From contig CBDCCY010000001.1 of assembly GCA_965215155.1 (NCBI GenBank), forward strand, positions 455,416 through 519,415: 64,000 nucleotides of DNA, read 5' to 3'. Below, piece after piece: positions 30,663 to 40,265 of this stretch. A model generated the notes under the pieces. It had not been told where the DNA came from. It made no database searches and worked only from the letters and a program-made list of their open reading frames with translations. The stretch is from Vicinamibacterales bacterium (lineage in GTDB: Bacteria > Acidobacteriota > Vicinamibacteria > Vicinamibacterales > UBA8438). The translations under genes were made by a program, and so were the position numbers. Position 1 is the first letter of the stretch. The number at the start of each line of letters is the position of its first letter.

Positions 30663-32369
30663 TCAGTCGCCGTACATCACGAACGCGAAGAGCCGCTCGC
30701 CCACCGCGACGAGGACGTGCTGCCGCCCGTCCACGAGGTAGGTCTGCGGCGCGTTCGAGATGTTCCCGATGCGTGTGTGCCACAGCAGGTCGCCGCTCGC
30801 CGCGTCGAACGCGACGAAGTTGCCGCTGCCGTCGCCGGTGAAGACCACGCCGCCCGCCGTGGTCAGGACGCCCGACCCGCCGCCGCCGCCCGGCGGCCAG
30901 GGGTGGCGCCAGACCGTCTTGCCGGTCCGGTAGTCGATGGCCGAGAAGGCGTTGCCGCCGGAGCCGACGACCACCCGGTCCTTGCCCCCCAGGCCCATCG
31001 AGCCGCGCGGGTCGGGGTCGGTCAGGTAGAGGAGGTTGAAGCCGTTGTTCTCCTGCGTGTAGAAGAGCCCGGTTTCCGGATTGAAGGCCGGCGGCTGCCA
31101 GTTCGTGACGCCCCCCTCCACCGGGGAGACGAGCGCGCCCGGGATGATCGCCTCCTTCCGCGGATCGGGGTTCGGCGAGCCGCTCTCCCGGACGTGGCTG
31201 GCCCAGTTCGCGGTGGCCCCGTAGCGGCTGGTCGCAATGTGCTCGCCGGTCACCCGGTCGACGGTGAAGAAGTAGCCGTTGCGCGCCGCCGTCGAGACCA
31301 GCCTCCGCGGCTCCCCGTCGATGACGCCGTCGATCAGGACGGGCGTCTGCGCCGAGTCCCAGTCGTGCGTGTCGTGCGGCGAGGTCTGGAAGTACCACGC
31401 CATCTCGCCGGTGTCGACGTCCACGGCGATGAGCGTGCAGGTGAACAGGTTGTCGCCCGGCCGGGCCACGCCGGTGTAGCCGGGCGTCGGGTTGCCCGTG
31501 CCGAAGATGTAGTAGTTCGTCTCCGGGTCGTAGACCCCCGGCACCCAGACCTGCCCGCCGCCGTGCGACGCCGCGTCGAGGTTCGGCCAGGTGTCGAGCC
31601 CCGGATCGCCCGGCTTCATCGGCACGGTGTAGAAGATCCACTGGCGCTCGCCCGTTTCGGGATCGAACGACTGCAGGAAGCCGGGCGCGTCGAGGTCGTT
31701 GCCGGTCCCGGCCAGCACGTGATCGCCGGCGACGATCGGCGCCATGGTCGAGAAGTACTGGTCCTCGAACGTGGCGATCTCGACGTGCCAGCGCTCCTCG
31801 CCGGTCCGCGCGTCGAGCGAGACCAGGTAGTTGTCGGGGGTCTCGAAGAACAGCGCGTTCCGCCAGAGCGCCACGCCGCGGTTGCCGATGTGGATGCTGC
31901 CGCGCGTCTTCCAGAAGTAGTGCCAGATCTCGCTCCCGTCGCGGGCGTCGAGGGCCCAGACGTGATCGGGGGCGGTGACGTAGAGCACGTCGTCCACCTG
32001 CAGGATGGCGCCCTTGATGCGCTGCCGTCCGATGACGAAGTCGCCGGTCCCCTCGCCGCCCGTGAACGTCGGCGCGCCGGGCCCGTCGAGCGGCGGCATG
32101 CCTGTGTCCAGCTCCCGCGTCCACGCCAGCGTCAGGTTCTGCACCGTCTCCGTCCTCACCTGCCGCAGGAGGCTGTAGCGCCGGCCGGTGTAGTCGCCCG
32201 AGTAGGTCGGCCACCATGCTTCGAGCGGCCGTGTCAGCGTCGCGGGGTCCAGGCCGTCCGGCGCCTGCGCGGCAAGCGGGGCGGGCGCGGCCGCCAGCGC
32301 CGCGGTCAGCGCCGCCGCGAGCGGCGCGGCGCGCACGCGAGAGCGAGGTGGGCGTCCCGGAGGAGTCAT
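30663..32369 (-). CDS. PQQ-dependent dehydrogenase (quinoprotein, eight-bladed propeller)
   Basis: ATG at 32369 overlaps the upstream TGA (ATGA). Signal peptide ends PLAAQAP. Repeated W-motif blades (LVSLDARTGEERWH, LIAVDVDTGEMAWY, FSAIDYRTGKTVWR, FVAFDAASGDLLWH). Confidence 0.85.
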   Translation of the reverse strand: MTPPGRPPRSRVRAAPLAAALTAALAAAPAPLAAQAPDGLDPATLTRPLEAWWPTYSGDYTGRRYSLLRQVRTETVQNLTLAWTRELDTGMPPLDGPGAPTFTGGEGTGDFVIGRQRIKGAILQVDDVLYVTAPDHVWALDARDGSEIWHYFWKTRGSIHIGNRGVALWRNALFFETPDNYLVSLDARTGEERWHVEIATFEDQYFSTMAPIVAGDHVLAGTGNDLDAPGFLQSFDPETGERQWIFYTVPMKPGDPGLDTWPNLDAASHGGGQVWVPGVYDPETNYYIFGTGNPTPGYTGVARPGDNLFTCTLIAVDVDTGEMAWYFQTSPHDTHDWDSAQTPVLIDGVIDGEPRRLVSTAARNGYFFTVDRVTGEHIATSRYGATANWASHVRESGSPNPDPRKEAIIPGALVSPVEGGVTNWQPPAFNPETGLFYTQENNGFNLLYLTDPDPRGSMGLGGKDRVVVGSGGNAFSAIDYRTGKTVWRHPWPPGGGGGSGVLTTAGGVVFTGDGSGNFVAFDAASGDLLWHTRIGNISNAPQTYLVDGRQHVLVAVGERLFAFVMYGD

Positions 32370-33271
32370 TGCAGGGTGACCAGGTACGCGGTGACGTTGT
32401 GGATGTCGGGGTCGGAGTACACGCGGAGCAGCTCGGTGTGGCGCGCCGTCGGATCGTCGATCTCCACCCGCGGCGTGCCGCCCCGGCGGCGGAACGATCG
32501 GCGCCGCCCGTCGTCCGTCGTCAGCGCCACGAGGAAGTCGTCGAGCCGTTCGAGGCGCCCCTCCGTGCGCGCGCCCGCCGCCTCCGTCACGGCGACGCGG
32601 ACGGGGGGGCGCGGCGCACCGCGCTGCCGGCCCCGCACCCAGGTGTTCTGGAGGGTCTTCGGATCGGGGATCCGCGTCGCAATCCCGGCCAGGTCGCCGT
32701 CGGCGGCGTGGCACGACGCACAGGTCGCCTCGAAGTACGCGCGCCCTGCCTTCGCATCGCCCACCACGATGTCGAGCTCCAATTCCGGGCCCGGGGGCGG
32801 GCCGCCCTGCCGTGACGACGTGGCGAGGATGCTGTGGATGAACTCGGCGACCGCGCCCGCGTCGTCCTCGGCGAGCGACTGCGCCGGCATCGACGACACG
32901 CCGGGCGTCGACTGCCCGTCGCGGAGCACGGGCCAGATCAGCTCTCCCTGCCGGTCGCGCAGCACGAGCTGCGAGCGGAGCAGGTTGGGGCCCCCGAGGT
33001 CTCCGCCCCGGAGATCGATGCCGTGGCAGCCGCGGCAGTGGATGCCGTAGAGGGCCTGCCCGCGCGCGATCCGCGCGGGATCGCCGGGGGGACGCTGCTG
33101 CGCGTCGTACGGCGCCTGACGCCGCTCGCTCCGCGCCGCCTGCCCGGCCTCCCCGGGAGCGCCGCCGGCCAGCCTCGCCGCCGTCGAAGCGCTGCCGCCG
33201 CCGCCGACACCGGCCGCCGCCAGCAGGAGCACGGCTCCGAGCCCCGCCCCCGTCCGCACCGCCCGCTGCAT
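32366..33271 (-). CDS. Dihaem c-type cytochrome
   Basis: ATG at 33271. Signal peptide present. Two CxxCH motifs (CRGCH, CASCH). Confidence 0.8.
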   Translation of the reverse strand: MQRAVRTGAGLGAVLLLAAAGVGGGGSASTAARLAGGAPGEAGQAARSERRQAPYDAQQRPPGDPARIARGQALYGIHCRGCHGIDLRGGDLGGPNLLRSQLVLRDRQGELIWPVLRDGQSTPGVSSMPAQSLAEDDAGAVAEFIHSILATSSRQGGPPPGPELELDIVVGDAKAGRAYFEATCASCHAADGDLAGIATRIPDPKTLQNTWVRGRQRGAPRPPVRVAVTEAAGARTEGRLERLDDFLVALTTDDGRRRSFRRRGGTPRVEIDDPTARHTELLRVYSDPDIHNVTAYLVTLQ

Positions 33272-33403
33272 CCCCGCGATTATGGCCCCGCGACGGCCGC
33301 TGTCAAGCGCTGCCCTGCAGCGCCGTCGAGGCTCCGGCGCCCGGCTGGGCCGGGCGAACGCCGCCGGCTTGACCGGATCCGGGCACGGTGGCACACTGCC
33401 TGC

Positions 33404-33913
33404 ATGGGGGCGGTCACCGACTCGACGCGGAATGCCGTCTGGCAGGAAATGCTGGACGCGGCCCGCCTCGCACGGTACTACGATTCGATGTGCAGCAGAC
33501 AGCAGCGCTGGAACCGGGGCGTTCGGCTCTTGCTCCTGGCTTCCGCAACTGCCGGCATCGCAGCGGGCATGAACGCCTTGCCAGAGTCGTTTCGAGTAGT
33601 TTCCGGAGCCGTCATCGGCATTCTGGTCGCATGGGATTTCCTCGCCGACCACGCGAACAAGGCGGCTGTGTTGGGGTCCATCAGGCGGGAGTGCAATGAG
33701 GCGGAGGTAGAGCTCGCGGCACTCTGGGGAGAGATGCAAGCCGATTCAGTCGACGACAGTGACGCGCGGCGAATGCTCGCGGATTTGGCTCGCCGCGTGA
33801 CGCGCGCCACGGACCGCGCGGGAAGTGCACACATACCAACCAACGATCGACTGAACGTCAGATGCGAGGAGGCGGCATTCAAGGCTCTGGCTGACCGATA
33901 TGCAGAAGGCTGA
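33404..33913 (+). CDS. Orphan 169-aa protein with helix / 2-TM hairpin / long helix (SLATT-like architecture)
   Basis: ATG at 33404. Two hydrophobic segments (LLLLASATAGIAAGMNAL and VVSGAVIGILVAWDFLA) separated by PESFR. Amphipathic helices flank them. Visibly more A/T-ending codons than its neighbours. Confidence 0.5.
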   Translation: MGAVTDSTRNAVWQEMLDAARLARYYDSMCSRQQRWNRGVRLLLLASATAGIAAGMNALPESFRVVSGAVIGILVAWDFLADHANKAAVLGSIRRECNEAEVELAALWGEMQADSVDDSDARRMLADLARRVTRATDRAGSAHIPTNDRLNVRCEEAAFKALADRYAEG

Positions 33914-34218
33914 GCCTCAGCGGCCGAGGGGCGCCCAGCCAGATCCGGCTCCGTCCCGGCGGGTGCGGGCGGTGCCGGACGGCGGCAACCACCGGCAAGG
34001 GTCCGGCGCTCCACCGCGTCCGGGTCGCGCCACTCCGCCGCCGCCGCCCCCGAAGCCACCCAAGCCGCGAGACCGAAGCTGATCCTCCGCCCACGGTTCA
34101 GTCCCACTGCGTTGCGCAAGCCGCGCCCGTTCCGCCGGGGCCTGGGCGGGTAGAATCGACGCACTGTGGTGACTGTCGGCGCCGGCCGCCCGCGGCGGCG
34201 CCGGGGCAAGGAGGGGAC

Positions 34219-35070
34219 GTGCCTCGAACGGTCGGTCGGATCCGGAGGTGGTGCCGGTCCGTTCGCGGCGGCCGGAGGCGGGCGGTGCGGCGTGCGGCCG
34301 TCGTCACCGCCGCCCTCGCACTGGCCGGGGCGCTGGCCGGCGTCACGGTCGTCTCGGCCCAGTCGCTGTTCCGCGGCCTCGGCAACTGGGGCCGGATCGC
34401 GCAGCCCTACGACGCCGAGGTCACGTTCGTGCGCCTGCGCTGGACCAAGGGGACGTTGGCCGCCCGCACGTACGGGCGCGGCTTCAACATGTGGCTGCAC
34501 GAGTTCCCGCGGGCCGAGCAGTACCTCATGGGGCTGCTGCGCGACTTCACCACGGTCGACGCGAAGGTCGACGGCAGCCTGATCCTGACGCTCGACGATC
34601 CGGCCCTCTTCCAGCACCCGATCGCCCTGATGCAGGAGCCGGGCTTCTGGACCATGACGGACGAGGAGGCGGCGCGGCTGCGCGAGTACCTGCTGAAGGG
34701 CGGCTTCGTCATCTTCAACGACTTCGAGGGGCGGCAGTGGGAGAACTTCGAGGCCCAGATGCGCCGCGTGCTGCCCGACGGACGCTGGCTGCGGCTCGAC
34801 CCGACGCACCCCATCTTCGACTCGTTCTTCCTCGTCGAGCAGATCGACCTCCCGAACCCCTACAACCACCATCTGGCCGGCCTGACGCCCGAGTTCTTCG
34901 GGCTCTTCGAGGACAACGATCCGACCGGCCGCCTGATGTCGATCGCCAACTACAACACCAACCTCGCCGAGTACTGGCAGTCCGGCGGGACCGGGTTCTT
35001 CCCGATCGAGCCGATGAACAACGGCTTCGAGCTCGGCATCAACTACTGGATGTACGGCCTGACGCACTGA
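34219..35070 (+). CDS. DUF4159 domain protein
   Basis: GTG after AAGGAGGGG. Blocks HPIALMQEPGFWTMTDEEAARLREYLLKGGFVIFNDF and LAEYWQ match DUF4159. Confidence 0.7.
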   Translation: MPRTVGRIRRWCRSVRGGRRRAVRRAAVVTAALALAGALAGVTVVSAQSLFRGLGNWGRIAQPYDAEVTFVRLRWTKGTLAARTYGRGFNMWLHEFPRAEQYLMGLLRDFTTVDAKVDGSLILTLDDPALFQHPIALMQEPGFWTMTDEEAARLREYLLKGGFVIFNDFEGRQWENFEAQMRRVLPDGRWLRLDPTHPIFDSFFLVEQIDLPNPYNHHLAGLTPEFFGLFEDNDPTGRLMSIANYNTNLAEYWQSGGTGFFPIEPMNNGFELGINYWMYGLTH

Positions 35071-35093
35071 CCGGCCCGCGCCGCCGGACAGCC

Positions 35094-36320
35094 ATGGAAG
35101 CGCGCGGACCGCTCGACGGCGTGCGGGTGATCGAGCTGGCCGGGCTGGGGCCGTGTCCGATGTGCGGCATGCTGCTCGCCGAGCTGGGCGCCGCCGTGTT
35201 GCGCATCGACCGCGTGACGCCATCGGGCCTCGGCTTCGACCTGGATGCCGAGGACGACCTGCTGCACCGCAGCCGGCCGGCGGTGGCGGTCGACCTCCGG
35301 CGGCCGGAGGGCGTCGAGCTCGTACTCGCGCTGGCCGGGCGGGCGGACGTGCTCATCGAAGGCTTCCGCCCGGGGGTGATGGAGCGCCTGGGTCTTGGAC
35401 CGGACGCGTGCGCGCACCGCAACCCGCGCCTCGTCTTCGGCCGCATCACCGGCTGGGGCCAGACCGGCCCGCTCGCCGAGTCGGCGGGACACGACCTGGA
35501 CTACATCGCCCTGACCGGCGCCCTGCACGCCATCGGCCGTGCGGGGCAGCCGCCGACGCCGCCGCTGAACCTCGTGGGGGACTTCGGCGGCGGCGCGCTG
35601 TACCTGGCCGTGGGCGTCCTGGCCGCGCTCGTCGAGGCGCGGCAGTCGGGCCGGGGGCAGGTGGTCGACGCCGCGATGGTCGACGGCGCCGCGTCGCTGC
35701 TGACCGCGGCCTACGCCCTGCGCGCGGCCGGGCTCGCGAACGACCGGCGCGGAACGAACGTCCTCGACGGCGGCGCCCACTACTACGACGTCTACGAGAC
35801 TCGGGACGGCCGCTACCTCGCCGTCGCCGCCATCGAGCCGAAGTTCTACGCGGAGCTCCTGCGGCGGCTCGATCTCGACCCCGGCGCGCTGCCCCAGGCG
35901 CCGCGGGAGGGCTGGCCCGCGCGCAAGGCGGCGCTCGCCGCCGTGTTTCGCACCCGCACGCGCGACGAATGGATGGCCGTGTTCGAGGGCAGCGACGCGT
36001 GCGTGGCCCCCGTCCTCGACATGGACGAAGCGCCGCGCCATCCCCACAACCGGGCGCGCGACACGTTCGTGCGGCGCGCCGGCCGCTGGCAGCCGAACGC
36101 CGCTCCGCGGTTCAGCCGCACGCCGAGCCGAGTCCGCGGCGACCCCGCGCCGGCCGGTTCCGGCGCGCGCGAGGCGCTGCGGGCGTGGGGCGTCGGCGCC
36201 GGCGAGATCGACGCCCTGATCGCTGCCGAGGTGGTCGGGGCACGGAAGCCGCGCCCATCGGGCGGTTTCCCGATGCCCGCCGGGCAGGTGCGCAAGCGGA
36301 AGCCCGACACCGACGGCTGA
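35094..36320 (+). CDS. Family III CoA-transferase (CaiB/BaiF / alpha-methylacyl-CoA racemase-like)
   Basis: ATG at 35094. PLDGVRVIELAGLGPCPMCGMLLAELGAAVLRID, ADVLIEGFRPGVMERLGLG and GHDLDYIALTG are typical motifs. Confidence 0.85.
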   Translation: MEARGPLDGVRVIELAGLGPCPMCGMLLAELGAAVLRIDRVTPSGLGFDLDAEDDLLHRSRPAVAVDLRRPEGVELVLALAGRADVLIEGFRPGVMERLGLGPDACAHRNPRLVFGRITGWGQTGPLAESAGHDLDYIALTGALHAIGRAGQPPTPPLNLVGDFGGGALYLAVGVLAALVEARQSGRGQVVDAAMVDGAASLLTAAYALRAAGLANDRRGTNVLDGGAHYYDVYETRDGRYLAVAAIEPKFYAELLRRLDLDPGALPQAPREGWPARKAALAAVFRTRTRDEWMAVFEGSDACVAPVLDMDEAPRHPHNRARDTFVRRAGRWQPNAAPRFSRTPSRVRGDPAPAGSGAREALRAWGVGAGEIDALIAAEVVGARKPRPSGGFPMPAGQVRKRKPDTDG

Positions 36321-36348
36321 GTCGCCGCCGCCGGAGGACCGTTCCCCC

Positions 36349-38679
36349 TCAGAAGCGGAAGAGGCGATTGAACTTGACGACGAAGGCCCGGTTCCGGAGG
36401 CCCGGGAAGCGGCGCGCCGTCGTGTCGCGGTCCTCGTTGTAGACGACGAACAGCTCGCTTCCCGGCTGGTATTCCCAGCGGAAGCGGACGTTGGCCGACA
36501 CCCCGTCGAGGCTCGAGTTGTACTGCAGGAGGGCGCTCGTGAACATCAGCGGCGTCATCGTGTAGGTCACGCGGGTGCCGACGAGATTGGTGGTGAACGC
36601 TCCTTCCGCGAGGTCGATCCAGTTGATCGACCACATCGGCTCCACGGAGAGCTGATTGGTGACGCTGGCCCGGCCCCGGGTGATCGTCAGCCCTGTCTTG
36701 TGCCCGCTGTAGAACGTCCCGTGCTCGGCGAGGACGTTCGCCGACCAGGGCCGTTGCTGCCCGAAGTCGTAGCTGGCGTTGACCGTGGCGAAGTCGTAGC
36801 CGCCGACCGGCAGCGTCACCTCCCGCGAGATTGGGAACGCCCGGGGCAGGAACTCGTACGACCGCAGGCCGCCGACCGTGAACACGTCGCTGTTGTCGAG
36901 CTCGATGGCGAACGACGCGAGCGTCTCGCGCGTCTCGACCTGCCCGGCCAGGTTCTCGACGTAGGCGAACGAGCCGGTCCCGACGAAGCGGCGCACCCAG
37001 TCGATCGCCCGGGGCCGCGGGCTGAACCGGAACTCCGCGAAGCTGCGGCGCATGTCGCGGCGCCGAACGAAACCGACCTCGGGGTTGAAGGCGTCGCCCA
37101 CGAGCAGGTGCTCGAGCTGCACGCCGTAGCGGTCGCCCGCGTAGTCGAGGTGCCCCCGGTAGCTCGTCTCGTTGCCGGTCCGCCCCTCGCTGCGTGTCTG
37201 CGCCCAGTGCGTGTTGATGGTCAGGTCGTCGAAGAAGCCGAAGGCGCCGTCGACGCCGTAGGCCGTGTTCTGGCCGCGGCCGTCGATGCTGACCGAGCGC
37301 CCCGTGAACATGGCGCCGACGCTGCTGCGCCGCAGGAGGTCGCGCCGCGCGCGCAGCACGGTGAAGCTGGTGGCGCGGGCGCCCGCGTCCCCGCCCGGTC
37401 CGTCCAGGGCCTGCGGAGCGTCGCCGGCCCGGATGTTCAGCGCGCCGAACGTGAACGCGCCGGCGCGCCCGGTCACCCGGCCGCCGGCCCGCAGCGGCAC
37501 CGACCGGAAGTCCTGGGTCAGGCCGATGCGGCGGCTGTAGAACAGGACCGGCGTGTCGCTGATGCCGGCGAAGCGCCCGGCGGTGGCGACGCCGCCGAAG
37601 CCGAAGATGCCCTGGTTCTCGAGGAAGAACTCGCGCTTCTCGGGGAAGAACAGGTTGAAGCGCGTCAGGTTGATCTGCTGCTCGTCCACCTCCACCTGCG
37701 CGAAGTCGGGGTTGACGGTGAAGTCGGCGATCACGCCCTGCGTCACGCCGAGCTTGACGTCGAGCCCGCCCGCGGCCCCGAGCTCGTTCGCGAACGGCTC
37801 CGCGGTCACGGTGCTGGTCGTCAGGTCGCCGATGACGTAGGGCTTGGCCTCGAAGAGCCGCGATGCGGGCGGCGCGTCGATCCCGACCAGCGTCGCGGCG
37901 AGCGACGCCCGGAAGTGGCCGCGCAGGCCCTGGGCCGCCGTCAGCGGCGTCAGGTAGGACGACTCGTTCCGCCAGCGGTTGACCCGCCGGGCCTGCACGC
38001 CCCACACCTGCGGGCCGGCGCCGCGGTACCGCAGCGACTTGAAGGGCAGGGCCGCCTCCACCGTCCAGCCGCCCTCGAAGCGGCCGACCGCGACGTCCCA
38101 CACGGGGTTCCAGTCGATGCTGATCTGCTGCTCGTTCGTCACCTGCGCGTCGATCCGTCCGCCGACCGCCGACACCTCGAACAGGACGGCGTTGCGCCGG
38201 TCGTAGAAGGTGTCGAACGACCAGGCGAAGTTGTCGTCGCGGACGATGCGCGTGTTGTCGCGCCGCATCTCGCTGGCCATGACGAGGTCGGGCCGGCTTT
38301 CCCAGCACCGGGCGACCACGTAGACGTTGTCGCGGTCGAAGAGAATCCAGAGCTCGGTCTTCTCCGAGGCGGGCGCGCCCTCCACCGGGTCGTTCTGGAC
38401 GAAGTCGGACATCGCCGGCACCCGCGCGAACACCGGCTCGTCGAGCCGTCCGTCGATGCGCAGCGGCTCGTCGACGCGCACGGCGCGGGCGGTGACGCCG
38501 CCATCGGCGCCGCGGTTGATTACCGCGGGTGGGACGGGCGGCGGCGGGCCGAGGATGCGCGCCGGCGGATCCTGCGCCGCGCCCCGGCCTCCCGCGGCAC
38601 CGGGCGCCGCCACTACGGCCAGCAGGGCCAGCGCCACCAGCGCGCGGGAGGCGCTCGGTGCGGCGCGCCGCGCCGTCAC
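36349..38679 (-). CDS. DUF5916 / CBM9-like outer-membrane protein
   Basis: N-terminal carbohydrate-binding-family-9-like region (RIDGRLDEPVFA...LWILFDRDNVYVVARC...WTVEAALPFKSLRY). C-terminal beta-barrel ends in F. Start placed at GTG 38679 (normal-length signal peptide). The alternative GTG at 38751 overlaps the upstream stop. Confidence 0.7.
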   Translation of the reverse strand: MTARRAAPSASRALVALALLAVVAAPGAAGGRGAAQDPPARILGPPPPVPPAVINRGADGGVTARAVRVDEPLRIDGRLDEPVFARVPAMSDFVQNDPVEGAPASEKTELWILFDRDNVYVVARCWESRPDLVMASEMRRDNTRIVRDDNFAWSFDTFYDRRNAVLFEVSAVGGRIDAQVTNEQQISIDWNPVWDVAVGRFEGGWTVEAALPFKSLRYRGAGPQVWGVQARRVNRWRNESSYLTPLTAAQGLRGHFRASLAATLVGIDAPPASRLFEAKPYVIGDLTTSTVTAEPFANELGAAGGLDVKLGVTQGVIADFTVNPDFAQVEVDEQQINLTRFNLFFPEKREFFLENQGIFGFGGVATAGRFAGISDTPVLFYSRRIGLTQDFRSVPLRAGGRVTGRAGAFTFGALNIRAGDAPQALDGPGGDAGARATSFTVLRARRDLLRRSSVGAMFTGRSVSIDGRGQNTAYGVDGAFGFFDDLTINTHWAQTRSEGRTGNETSYRGHLDYAGDRYGVQLEHLLVGDAFNPEVGFVRRRDMRRSFAEFRFSPRPRAIDWVRRFVGTGSFAYVENLAGQVETRETLASFAIELDNSDVFTVGGLRSYEFLPRAFPISREVTLPVGGYDFATVNASYDFGQQRPWSANVLAEHGTFYSGHKTGLTITRGRASVTNQLSVEPMWSINWIDLAEGAFTTNLVGTRVTYTMTPLMFTSALLQYNSSLDGVSANVRFRWEYQPGSELFVVYNEDRDTTARRFPGLRNRAFVVKFNRLFRF

Positions 38680-38747
38680 TCGGAGGCGGCTGCCACGGTC
38701 CGGGGCGGCGGCCTCCAAGCCCGCACTTCGCGCCGCACGGCGCGCCG

Positions 38748-40154
38748 TCACCGGGAGGGCTCCTGGCGGCGTTGCAGGCTGGCCAGGCTCAGGGCGGCGA
38801 TCTCCCCGAACTCGTCACCGAAGAAGCCTTCGGGCGCATCGCGGATGTTCCCGAAACGGTCGAGCTCGAGTTGCGTCAGGGTGGAGTGGCCGTCGGTCGC
38901 CGTGCAATGAAACAGCGCTACGTCGTCCTCCGCCACCGTCTTGTCGGCCAGCCGGCGCTGGAGACGGCGCAGCAGCCGCTGGCTGTGGCTCTCCAGCAGG
39001 ATCTGCACGCCGCGTTTCTCGCAGGCATCGACCAGCACGTCCGCCAGCCCGGACCGCGCCATCGGATGCAGTCCCAGCTCCGGCTGCTCGAGGATGACCG
39101 TCGAGCCGGCGGGCGCCCGGAAGCACAGGGCGAGGAGGGGGAGCACCTGGGCCAGCCCGGCCCCGGCGTCCGTGGCGAGCACCTCGGGCGAGTCCGCGGA
39201 CTTGGCCACGCGCACCTCGAACACCTGGCTGTCCTCGGGCAGCGACGCGAGCCGGAAGTGGTAGGCGAGCTCCAGGTCCCGCAGCCACTGCGCGACGTAC
39301 TCCTCCAGCGTCAGGCGCCGGCCGGTCCGGCCGCGCCCGACCGTCTCGCCCCGCTCCCGCGACGCCAGCAGCGCGTCCACCGCCGCCTCGCCCGCCCGCC
39401 CCACGTCGGCCGGCTGCTCTCCGGCCCACTGGTAGCGACGCCGCAGCGCGGCCCGCCAGGGGCCGAGGTAGTGGAGGTGCTGCAGCCGCTCCTCGAAGGC
39501 CGACTCGAGCCCGGTCAGGAACCCGGCGTTCTGGTAGTGCAGCCGGGCGTGTCCCGGGAACCCGTAGCACTTGTTGGGCGCCGGCAGCGGCCACTTGCTG
39601 CGCCCCATGCGGCTGACGAACTGGAACTCCGAGCCCTCGACGAGCAGGTCGTACTCGCCGCGGGCGTTCCGGCGCCGCATGCCGAACGAGGTGCGGCCCA
39701 CCCGGTGGCTCATCTCCTGCAGGATTGTCCGCCGCACGGCGGCCCGGCGCCCCCCCGCCTCGCTCCGGAAGCCGGAGGCCGGCGACTGGCGGGCCACCAC
39801 CGTGAACCCGAGATGCCTGTCCTCGGCGAGGGGCCGGCCGCCGTCGTCCGGGTTGGCGAGCCGGAGCGGCGTCGGCACGTGCCAGTCGAGGGCGATCGAC
39901 AGGCGGGAGTCCTCCCGGTGCCGGTGGACGACGCTGCGGAAATCGCCCAGGTCGGCCGCCGTCCCGCCGTCCCCGAAGTCGAACACGATCCCCCGGTTGG
40001 GCGATTCTGCGGTCTGCTTCAGCAGCAACGGTGCCTGGAGCAGGTTCGTCTTCCCGGCGCCGTGCGGTCCGAAGAAGGCGGTCAGCGGCTTGAGGGCGAC
40101 GTCGCCGGTGTCGGCCCAGGTCTTGAACGCCTTGAGTCGCAGACGAGTCAGCAT
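38748..40154 (-). CDS. ABC/SMC-type (AAA_21-like) ATPase with DUF3696-like C-terminal tail
   Basis: Walker A FFGPHGAGKTN, signature-like DAGAGLAQVLP, Walker B TVILEQPELGLHP, LLESHS. Tail: LFHCTATDGHSTLTQLELDRFGNI...GFFGDEF. Confidence 0.75.
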   Translation of the reverse strand: MLTRLRLKAFKTWADTGDVALKPLTAFFGPHGAGKTNLLQAPLLLKQTAESPNRGIVFDFGDGGTAADLGDFRSVVHRHREDSRLSIALDWHVPTPLRLANPDDGGRPLAEDRHLGFTVVARQSPASGFRSEAGGRRAAVRRTILQEMSHRVGRTSFGMRRRNARGEYDLLVEGSEFQFVSRMGRSKWPLPAPNKCYGFPGHARLHYQNAGFLTGLESAFEERLQHLHYLGPWRAALRRRYQWAGEQPADVGRAGEAAVDALLASRERGETVGRGRTGRRLTLEEYVAQWLRDLELAYHFRLASLPEDSQVFEVRVAKSADSPEVLATDAGAGLAQVLPLLALCFRAPAGSTVILEQPELGLHPMARSGLADVLVDACEKRGVQILLESHSQRLLRRLQRRLADKTVAEDDVALFHCTATDGHSTLTQLELDRFGNIRDAPEGFFGDEFGEIAALSLASLQRRQEPSR

Positions 40155-40265
40155 CGGGGATTCGGCTCGCGCGCGGAGCGCCGGCCTGCCTGCACGGTCC
40201 GCCGGGGCGGCGACAGGGGACGCGGCGCTGCGCCGTTCGCATTGTAGGTGACCGCGCGGCCGCGA

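Noticed and set aside
34151-34156. TAGAAT hexamer 63 nt upstream of the DUF4159 gene, considered as a -10 box.
   Set aside because: There is no acceptable -35 (cgttcc) at 17-18 nt and no extended -10 TG. The evidence is too weak to annotate.
38748-38751. GTGA overlap suggesting translational coupling of the DUF3696 ATPase with the DUF5916 outer-membrane protein.
   Set aside because: An alternative GTG at 38679 gives a normal-length signal peptide (VTARRAAPSASRALVALALLAVVAAPGAAG). The N-terminal peptide motif is duplicated (TARRAA twice). The overlap is probably coincidental, so the OMP is not counted as part of the ATPase cassette.
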